Assembly (NCBI RefSeq): GCF_035594765.1
Contig: NW_026943826.1
Span: forward strand, 11,397,198-11,461,197
Direction of reading: 5' to 3'
Source: Anolis carolinensis
Taxonomy: Eukaryota
Length of the DNA stretch: 64,000 nucleotides
Both the position numbers and the translations under genes were made by a program. This document shows positions 54,960 through 64,000 of the stretch, piece by piece. The notes beneath the pieces were generated by a model that ran no database searches, was not told the DNA's origin, and worked only from the letters and a program-made list of their open reading frames with translations. Numbering within the stretch: the first letter of the stretch is position 1; every line of letters begins with the position of its first letter.

Positions 54960-55585
54960 TCGCTCAGCTGGTTAGTAGCCAGCTGCAATAAATCACTACT
55001 CACCAAGATCAAAGCTCAGATCGGATTGAGCTTCCGACCATTAAATAGCCTAGCTCGCTGTTGACCTAAGCAGCCCGAAAGACAGTTGCATCTCTCAAGT
55101 AGGAAATTTAGGTACCGCTTTATTTACGACACCATGAAAAACTGCCGAGAATGAGGAAGTACTCCCATCAAGGGCTCGGGTGTCACAGGTGGACTAGGGT
55201 CAGATTAAGCTCCCGACCATTGATAGCCTAGCTCGCTGTTGACCTAAGCAGCCCGAAAGACAGTTGCATCTGTTGAGTAGGAAATTTATTATTATTTACG
55301 ACACCATGAAAACTGCCAAGAATGAGGAAGTACTCCCATCAAGGGCTCGGGTGTCACAGGTGGACTAGGGTCAGATTAAGCTCCCGACCATTGATAGCCT
55401 AGCTCGCTGTTGACCTAAGCAGCCCGAAAGACAGTCGCATCTCTTGAGTAGGAAATTTATTATTATTTACGACACCATGAAAACTGCCAAGAATGAGGAA
55501 GTACTCCCATCAAGGGCTCGGGTGTCACAGGTGGACGGCCCGAGCCCTTGATGGGAGTACTTCCTCATTCTTGGCAGTGTTCATG
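54960..55585 (+). mobile_element. Sauria-SINE-like element, 3 x about 171-bp tandem, ending in an inverted duplication
   Basis: TAGCCTAGCTCGCTGTTGACCTAAGCAGCCCGAAAGACAG repeated three times; 47-bp inverted arms at 55476-55522 and 55539-55585. Confidence 0.65.
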
Positions 55586-55749
55586 TTATTGTAAATTAGT
55601 TAAATGAAGCTGGAAAATGTGGAATGGCCTCTGTGTCCGTCTATATATGTCGTATGTCTAACGGCATTGTATGTTTGCCATGTCTATGTGTGCGTTGTGA
55701 TCTTTCTTTCAGGGCCGTTTATCCTCCTTCCGATCGTCCTCCGGTGAAA

Positions 55750-55808
55750 ATGTCCCGGTCCTCCCCAGCGGATGAAGGCACCACCTTTGAGCATCTCTGG
55801 AGCACCCT
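55750..55808 (+). CDS. TP73: Tumor protein p73, exon 2 coding part (TA isoform start; exon begins at 55713)
   Basis: MSRSSPADEGTTFEHLWSTL|gtaagt with the p73 FEHLW (MDM2-binding FxxLW) motif; acceptor tttcag at 55712. Confidence 0.95.
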
Positions 55809-55905
55809 GTAAGTGTCTCCTTCACCTGCGATCCTTGGGACTTGTTTCTGTATCCGGGAGAGCAACTTGAGTGGAGACTTAATTGACGTTGTCGCCTCTC
55901 TCCAG

Positions 55906-56029
55906 GGAGCCGGACAGCACTTACTTCGACCTTCCGCAATCGGGACCCAGAACGGGCAGCGAGACCCCGAACCGGACCGAAGTCACGATGGACGTTTTCC
56001 AGATGAGGAGCATGAACACTTCAGTCATG
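55906..56029 (+). CDS. TP73: TP73 exon 3 (transactivation domain)
   Basis: ctccag|EPDSTYFDLPQSGPRTGSETPNRTEVTMDVFQMRSMNTSVM|gtaagt; phase matches exon 2. Confidence 0.95.
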
Positions 56030-56352
56030 GTAAGTGCATAAGGTTGTGAGTAACGTTGGCAGGGCTCTTGGACATGTTCATGGAAAGTAGGAAACACTGG
56101 GATGTCTATGGTGGAGGGAAAAAATCAGTAAGGCTCTTGGACATCCCAGCTACACATATATGTATTTTCACGTTTATTACGTGTATAGATTATGGCGAAA
56201 TTTTGAAACACCTTGCTCGACATTCTTGCGTGATTATTTTTTAGATTGTTCATATCTTTGACAGACATAACCAACTTTATGTAACACGTGGCAAAGACTC
56301 GGTGTGTTAAAATACCGCATGGATCAATGTCGGAGCGTGTCGAAACGTGCTG

Positions 56353-56372
56353 GGGCATGCCCGAGCAAGCCC
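56353..56372. promoter_or_regulatory. Perfect p53/p63/p73 response element
   Basis: GGGCATGCCC GAGCAAGCCC = two RRRCWWGYYY half-sites, zero spacer, 20/20 match. Confidence 0.75.
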
Positions 56373-56659
56373 GAACACGGCTGCGAGATTTTAGCTGGCT
56401 TCCATCGCAACACAGCTTAATACAACTGGAGTTGTATTCGTGAATGAGCACTTCGTATCTCTAAAACCGAGAAGGCTGAAGACCTCGACAATGGCTATCA
56501 AAGTGGTGTCAAAGTGGAGCAATGCTACAGTGTAGATGCACTCCATTGGGTTCCCGTTGGAGCTTCCAAAAGGTGTGCATGGCTACGGGTCCCAATGCTT
56601 TCGAGTCCAACGTGCCAGTGTTTTGGCTCAAGTGTTTTGGCTCTTTTGCTCCTCTGTGT

Positions 56660-57680
56660 TTCCTCAGCTTTGTTTGCTTCTTCCAAGTGAGGCGTCACTC
56701 TCCGGAGTCCACACTCGACACTCCGTTTCAGGTTGGGGCCGTGTCTGCGTTCACGTGTCTTGTGTGTTCGCTTGTGTACAAACAAGACCACGAGCGGAAG
56801 ATACAGAAGCGCAACCTGCTCTTGGAAAGTGTCGATTTCTTCTCGTCGACCCTCCTGAGTAAAGACCTTTGTTTACTTCTTTCAAGTGAGGCGTTGCTTT
56901 CTGGAGCGCACTTCATTTCGGGTTGGGGCCATGTCTGCGTTCACATGTCTCGTGTGTTCACTTGTGTACGAACAAGGTGTGTTCGCAAGTACACAAGCGA
57001 ACACACGAGACATGTCAGCGGAAGCTACAGAAGCACAACTTGCTCTTGGAAAGTGTCGATTTCTTCTCACCGACCCTCCTGAGGAAAGACCTTTGTTTAC
57101 TTCTTCCAAGTGAGGCAACACTCCGTTTCGGGTTGGAGCTGTGTCTACATTCATGTGTCTTGTGAGTTTGTGTGTCTTGTGTACAAACAAGGCTGTGAGT
57201 GGAAGCTACAGAAGCGCAACCTGCTCTTGGAAAGTGTCGATTTCTTCTCGCCGACCCCCTTGAGAAAAGACCTTTGTTTACTTCTTCCAAGTGAGGCAAC
57301 ACTCGGTTTTGGGTTGGAGCTGTGTCTGCATTCACGTGTCTTGTGAGTTCGTGTGTCTTGTGTACAAACAAGGCCGTGAGCGGAAGCTACAGAAGCGCAA
57401 CCTGTTCTTGGAAAGTGTCGATTTCTTCTCGCCGACCCCCTTGAGAAAAGACCTTTGTTTACTTCTTCCAAGTGAGGCAACGCTCTGTTTCGGGTTGGAG
57501 CCATGTCTGCATTCATGTGTCTTGTGAGTTTGTGTGTCTTGTGTACAAACAAGGCCGTGAGCGGAAGCTACAGAAGCGCAACCTGCTCTTGGAAAGTGTC
57601 GATTTCTTCTCGCCGACCCTCCTGAGAAAAGACCTTTGTTTGCTTCTTTCACGTGAGGCGTCGCTCTCCGGAGTCCACAG
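56660..57680. repeat. Minisatellite, about 5 x 181 bp, directly upstream of the deltaN promoter
   Basis: TTGGAAAGTGTCGATTTCTTCTC recurs five times, the last four 181 bp apart. Confidence 0.9.
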
Positions 57681-57754
57681 CTTGGGCGACGCTTCGATTC
57701 GGGCTCGTTTGCGCCCCTTGCGGGGATTATTACAGGCAACCAACCACCTCCAAC

Positions 57755-57880
57755 CACGATTGGTACCGTCCAATACATCACCGGGCAAGTCTAGACCTGC
57801 CTTGCCACTTAATGAATAGTCATGAGAGCGGCAGAAGGGGTGGGCATGGGTTTTGTTGTTAGATGCAACCACGATGACAG
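57755..57880 (+). promoter_or_regulatory. TP73: TP73 P2 (deltaNp73) promoter with p53-family element
   Basis: ATTGG/CCAAT pair, then GGGCAAGTCT AGACCTGCCT (57783-57802, one mismatch), ATGAATA.TCATGAG and GGGTTTTGTTGTT, collinear with the recalled mammalian P2 promoter. Confidence 0.8.
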
Positions 57881-58013
57881 GACCAAGGCGGCATTCGGGG
57901 AAGTGAGGCAAAGACGGACTTCACTCCTCTTCGCGATGTCTTTGCACACCTTGACCACATGAGTCCGGAAGAAAGGAACGTTCTGGCGACTCTCGGACTC
58001 CGCAGGAGCTAAA

Positions 58014-58052
58014 ATGCTGTACGCCAGCCACCCCATGCAGGACTACGCCACG
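58014..58052 (+). CDS. TP73: TP73 exon 3' (deltaNp73-specific N-terminus)
   Basis: MLYASHPMQDYAT|gtaggt, 13 codons, phase 0, homologous to mammalian MLYVGDP.RHLAT. Confidence 0.88.
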
Positions 58053-58117
58053 GTAGGTGACAACGTCTCTTTCGTATCCGTTCTCATGTGGTTGTGGCGC
58101 ATTGCAGATGCCTTGGA

Positions 58118-59095
58118 ATCTAGGGTAGGTTTGCAAGATGAAGTTGAAGATCTAGGGTAGGTTTGGAAGCCGAAGTTGAAGATCTAGGGTAGGTTTGGAA
58201 GCCGAAGTTGAAGATCTAGGGTAGGTTTGGAAGCCGAAGTTGATGATCTAGGGTAGGTTTGATTATCTAGGATAGGTTTGATGATCATGGGTAGGTTTGC
58301 AAGCCAACGTTGATGATCTAGGGTAGGTTTGCAAGCTGAAGTTGATGATCTAGGGTAGGTTTGATGATCTAGGGTAGGTTTGATGATCATGGGTAGGCTT
58401 GCAAGCCCAAGATGATGATCTAGGGTAGGTTTGCAAGCCCAAGTTGATGATCATGGGTAGGCTTGCAAGCCCAAGTTGATGATCTAGGGTAGGTTTGATG
58501 ATCATGGGTAGGCTTGCAAGCCCAAGATGATGATCTAGGGTAGGTTTGATGATCTAGGGTAGGTTTGCAAGCCCAAGTTGATGATCATGGGTAGGTTTGA
58601 TGATCATGGGTAGGCTTGCAAGCCCAAGTTGAAGATCTAGGGTAGGTTTGCAGGTCGAAGTTGAAGATCTAGGGTAGGTTTGATGATCATGGGTAGGCTT
58701 GCAAGCCAAAGTTGATGATCTAGGGTAGGTTTGATGATCATGGGTAGGCTTGCAAGCCCAAGATGATGATCTAGGGTAGGTTTGATGATCTAGGGTAGGT
58801 TTGCAAGCCGCAGTTGATGATCTAAGGTAGGTTTGCAAGCCGACATTGATGATCTAGGGTAGGTTTGCAAGCCAAAGTTGAATATCTAGGGTAGGTTTGA
58901 TGATCTAGGGTAGGTTTGCAAGCCGAAGTTGATGATCTAGGGTAGGTTTGATGATCATGGGTAGGCTTGCAAGCCCAAGATGATGATCTAGGGTAGGTTT
59001 GATGATCTAGGGTAGGTTTGCAAGCCAAAGTTGATGATCTAAGGTAGGTTTGCAAGCCGACATTGATGATCTAGGGTAGGTTTGCAAGCAGAAGT
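58118..59095. repeat. Short-unit minisatellite built on GATCTAGGGTAGGTTTG
   Basis: About 35 copies of GGGTAGG in units of about 20 and 32 bp. Confidence 0.92.
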
Positions 59096-59285
59096 TGGAT
59101 CTCAAGGATGCATTGCTCAATGCAACTATGTCATGCAGCAGCAACAAATCTAGATATGATTGGATGCAACATTAATAGGAGCATAGGTTGAGGGAAGTCA
59201 TGATCCCACTCTCTTCTATTTTGGTCACATCACACCGGGAATAATGTTGTTGCGAAGCAATTCAAGGAGATGGAGAAGATGGAAC

Positions 59286-59337
<52 letters not shown>

Positions 59338-59383
59338 AACAGCCAGCAGAGTGTCTGCTGTGGACTCATCTTGTTGTGTTTCA

Positions 59384-59437
<54 letters not shown>

Positions 59438-59491
59438 TCGACTTGTTATTTTGTGATACGAAATCCAGCATATGGAACATAATAATAACAG

Positions 59492-59549
<58 letters not shown>

Positions 59550-60727
59550 AGCCAGAAGAGTGTCTGCTGTGGACTCATCTTGTTGTGTTTCAAATAACAA
59601 CAACAACAACAATACTAATAATTCGACTTGTGATTTTGTGATATGAAATCCAGCATATACATGCATCTTGTTTGCTGTGTCATACTGTGCTTTTGTAAAT
59701 TAATAATAGAATAATAATAATAATTGAATAATAGTAACAATAATTGAATAATAGAGTCTTACTTATCCAACATAAACGGGCGGCCAGAACGTTGGATGTA
59801 AAATAATAATCGAATAATAATAATAATTGAATAATAATATCAATAATTGAACAATAGAGTTTCACTTATCCAACATAAACGGGCCGGCTGAATGTTGGAT
59901 AAGCAAAAATGTTGGATAATAAGGAGGGAATTACGGAAAAGCCTATTAAACGTCAAATTACGTTATGATTTTACAAATTAAGCACCACAACAAATCGACG
60001 GAAAACGCAGTTCAATAGACGGGATCCTTGCAAGAGTTGGAGCGGCATAACCGCTCCGCGGAGCAATTACCTCCTAAGGTTATGAGAAAACACACGCGTT
60101 GCACACACAACACGGCATCGGAGGCGGGAACGCTGGCGCACGGCAATTAGTCCAACGGTTCGGAATCCGCTCCGTTATTGTGCTGTGGTTTTAAGTCGAT
60201 TCTGACACATTATCATATGGGATTTTTGTGGCAGTAAATACTGAAAAACGAACCCAACTTTGGAATCAAGGCAACGTGTCACGACTTGGGATTGCCAAAA
60301 CCTCACCCGATGTTGCGCTATAATCGCTTTTGCATATTTTTTTTTAATGTGCCCGCCTGAGCCATCCCTGTCTTGGAGACCTCCAAGCGCGCCTGCGTCT
60401 CCCACAATATCCTCTCTGTTCAGCCAGCAACGGGTGGAATTTCGGGGCAAGACGCGACTCGCGCCGGCACCAAACACCTCTCTTCGCCCCGAAAATATGC
60501 GCTCGGGAGCCACCTGGCCCTTTGGCACCATGGCCCGGCAAAAGACGGGTCTGGTCCCAAATTGTGTGGAATCGTGTCTGGTTGGTTTGCTGCCGTGCCA
60601 CGTTATCGCCATGCTCAGAGTACACTGGTTCAGGGACGGAGCCACATCTAGAGCTATACACATATAACAAAAGTGGAAATAGGTCACTATGTGTGTGGCT
60701 CCCACGGCTCAGGAGACATCAACAGCC

Positions 60728-62200
60728 AGGCGCCTCCTCCAGAGTAAGAATGGGAAATTGCCTTAGAAAGAGTGTGTGTTTGTGTGGCATATGTACCTGC
60801 AGCCGAGCGCCTCTCCTCTAGAGTAAGAACAAGTAAGAAGCCTCCTTAAAGCACACACCTGCCTGCAGCTGAGCACCTCTCTTCTACAGCAAGAATGAGA
60901 AGTTGCCTCCTTGCCTTAGAAAGAGTGCGTGTTTGTGTGGCATATGTGCCTGCCTGCAGCTGAGCGCCTCTCCTCTAGAGTAAGAACAGGTAAGAAACCT
61001 CCTTAAAGCACACACCTGCCTGCAGCTGAGCACCTCTCCTCTAGAGCAAGAATGAGAAGTTGCCACCTTGCCTTACACAGAGTGCGTGTTTGTGTGGCAT
61101 ATGTGCCTGCCTGCAGCTGAGCGCCTCTCCTCTAGAGTAGAAACAGGTAAGAAACCTCCTTAAAGCACACACCTGCCTGCAGCTGAGCACCTCTCCTCTA
61201 GAGCAAGAATGAGAAGTTGCCACCTTGCCTTACACAGAGTGCGTGTTTGTGTGGCATATGTGCCTGCCTGCAGCTGAGCGCCTCTCCTCTAGAGTAAGAA
61301 CAAGTAAGAAGCCTCCTTAAAGCACACACCTGCCTGCAGCTGAGCACCTCTCTTCTACAGCAAGAATGAGAAGTTGCCTCCTTGCCTTAGAAAGAGTGTG
61401 TGTGTGTGTGGCATATGTGCCTGCCTGCAGCCGAGTGCCTCTCCTCTAGAGTAGAAACAGGTAAGAAACCTCCTTGAAGCACATACCTGCCTGCAGCTGG
61501 GCACCTCTCCTCTAGATTAAGAATGAGAAGTTGCCTCCTTGCCTTAGAAAAAGAGCGCCTCTCCTCTAGAGTAGAAACAAGTAAGAAGCCTCCTTAAAGC
61601 ACACACCTGCCTGCAGCTGAGCACCTCTCGTCTAGAGCAAGAATGAGAACTTGCTTCTTTGCCTTGGAAAAAGTGTGTGTGTGTAGCGCATGTGCCTGCA
61701 GCCGAGCGCCTCCTCTAGAATAAGAATGAGAACTTGCCTCCTTGCATTGGAAAGAGTGTGTATGTGTGTGTGTGTGTGTGGCGCACACGCCTGCCTGCAG
61801 CCGAGGACCTCTCCTCTAGAGTAGAAACAGGTAAGAAGCCTCCTTAAATCACACGTCTGCCTGCAGCTGAGCGCCTCCTATAGAGTAAGAATGAGAACTT
61901 GCCTCCTTGCCTTGGAAAAAGTGCATGTGTGTCGCACATGACTGCCTGCAGCCGAGCACCTCTCCTATAGAGTATAAACAGGTAAGAAGCCTCCTTAAAG
62001 TGCGCACCTGCCCGCAGCTGAGCACCTCTCCTCTAGAGTAAGAATGAGAACTTGTCTCCTTGCCTTGGAAAGAATGTGTGTGTGGCACACGTGCCTGCCT
62101 GCAGCTGAGCGCCTCTCCTCTAGAGTAGAAACCGGTAAGAAGCCTCCTTAAAGTGCGCACCTGCCTGCAGCTGAGCACCTCTCCTCTAGAGTAGAAACAG
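60728..62200 (+). repeat. GC-rich minisatellite (157-bp dimeric unit)
   Basis: Recurrent CCTGCCTGCAGCTGAGC(A/G)CCTCTCCTCTAGAG. Confidence 0.9.
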
Positions 62201-63387
62201 CTTAAATGCCTAAAATGACAGGAAGGGGTGCCTGAGAAGCACCCCCCCCCCCAATAACAAAAACAGATATCTACCCGCCCGATTTTGGGAGACCCAAAAA
62301 AATGGATTGCAGCCCCCACCGAAAACTGAGACACGAAATGGGTCAAGGTTTACCCCGAAAGCACAACCCTATTGGCCAAGGATGAAGCCCCAAACACCTC
62401 GAGGACCAAAGTTTGGAAATCTGTGTTTTAGCCGAGAGTCTTCCTTACAATGGAAAGGACCGGGACGGGGAACAATTCCTTTTGTTGGTGCTCCACATCT
62501 GATGCCTTTGTATTTGTCGAACTGACGCATCTCCCACCTTCCCACCACCGAGGTCTTTGAGAGGCAGTTGACGGACGTGTTGGAACAAGGCGGTTTCCTG
62601 ACGTGCTCTTGCATGTTGGCCTTCCACCTTGGAACAAACAGACTCCAAGGGGGGGAAATGGGGCAAAGATCAGGCCCCCAATTGAAGATCTCCAAGTGCA
62701 TTAAGCATAGTTGGGTCACACCAATGGAGAGAGTCAGAAACACTGGGGTGTCTGTGGTGGAGGAAAAACAGAGTTGGGGAATATGTTCACAATCTGTGCC
62801 TCTAGGTCTGCTGAACGTTGACCATAAAAGTCATGCTGGAGGACACAACTAGGTTGGATCTACACCATCATATAATGCATTGTATAGATAGTAGTGTTGT
62901 GCATTCGTATGGAATTGCAATTCGTTTTGTGTCGTTTCATTCGTGTGTAGACGAACGGTCGAAACGAAACAATAGCACGAAGGAAACAAAGGAGAAATTT
63001 CCGTGCACATCTCTAATATCCAGTGTAGACACATGAAATGCAATTCTACCTGCATTATATGGATCTACTCTACACTCACCGTGTAACTCAGTTCGATGTG
63101 CACTATGTGGCAGTGTAGGTCCAGCCTTAGAGGTTCCTAGAGGTAAACATCTCTCTGTGAGTTTTTCCAATGCGATTCTACGGCCAAGTTGTAGGACTTA
63201 AGATGCATCTACACTGTAGCGTGAATACAATCATAGCTCAATGCTATGGAATGCTGGAAGTTGTAGTTTGGTGAGGTTCTGGCACTCTTGGGCAGTGAAG
63301 GCTAAAGACGTCATAAAACGACAACTCCCAGGATTGCGTAGCATTGAGACGTGGTGATACAGTGCATTAATTCGACAGTGTAGACCA

Positions 63388-64000
63388 GATACATGCGCCA
63401 CACACACACACACACTTTCCAAGGCAAGGAGGCAAGTTCTCATTCTTGGTCTAGAGCAGAGGCGCTCAGCTGCAGGCAGGCACATGCGCCACACACACAT
63501 GCACTCTGCAAAGCAAGGAGGCAAGTTCTCACTCTTACTCTAGAGGTGTTCGTGTGCAGGCAGGCATGTGCACCACACACACACACACACTCTTTCCAAG
63601 GCAAGTTCTCATTCTTACTCTAGAGGAGAGGCGCTCGGCTGCAGGCAGGCTCATACGCCATACACACATGCACTATTTGCAAAGCAAAGAGGCAAATTCT
63701 CATTCTTACTCTAGAGGAGAGGCACTCGGCTGCAGGCAGGCTCATGCACCACACACACATGCACTCTTTGCAAACCAAGGAGGCAAATTCTCATTCTTAC
63801 TCTAGAAGAGAGGCGCTCGGCTGCAGGCAGGCACATGCGCCACACACACATGCACTCTTTGCAAACCAAGGAGGCAAATTCTTATTCTTACTCTAGAGGA
63901 GAGGCGCTCGGCTGCAGGCAGGCACATGCGCCACACACACATGCACTCTTTGCAAACCAAGGAGGAAAGTTCTCATTCTTACTCTAGAGGAGAGGCGCTT
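63388..64000 (-). repeat. Same minisatellite family in inverted orientation; runs off the window
   Basis: CTCTAGAGGAGAGGCGCTCGGCTGCAGGCAGG is the reverse complement of the 60728-62200 core. Confidence 0.88.

Noticed and set aside
62200-63390. Searched for TP73 exon 4 (QFNLLS...) between the inverted arrays
   Set aside because: No matching peptide seen; the DNA-binding-domain exons must lie beyond the window.

Overview
Vertebrate genomic DNA. The repeat families (tRNA-derived SINEs, Sauria-like SINE, SPIN, Penelope, R4, L2, Tigger-like MITEs, Helitrons) point to a squamate, most likely an Anolis lizard. The window holds the gene block known from human 1p36.3. In order: a probable MEGF6 first coding exon (-); complete TPRG1L (+, 5 coding exons, 277 aa); complete WRAP73/WDR8 (-, 12 coding exons, 451 aa); and the 5' part of TP73 (+), head-to-head with WRAP73. 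For TP73 the window contains a candidate P1 promoter and exon 1, TA exons 2-3, the internal deltaN promoter and its exon 3'; exon 4 onward lies beyond the window. Genes were assigned by manual splicing and translation against protein sequences recalled from memory, not by a database search. Introns and intergenic DNA are full of transposon fragments and minisatellites, many of them tandem amplifications of TE pieces; most ORFs in the supplied track are artefacts of these repeats. I found no convincing novel protein-coding system. The best leads are regulatory or RNA-level: a perfect p53-family element in TP73 intron 3, a splice-donor/hnRNP A1 motif array just behind the deltaNp73 exon, Penelope-type hammerhead motifs antisense to both host genes, inverted arrays and a hairpin in TP73 introns, and a 3.4 kb minisatellite between the WRAP73 and TP73 promoters.
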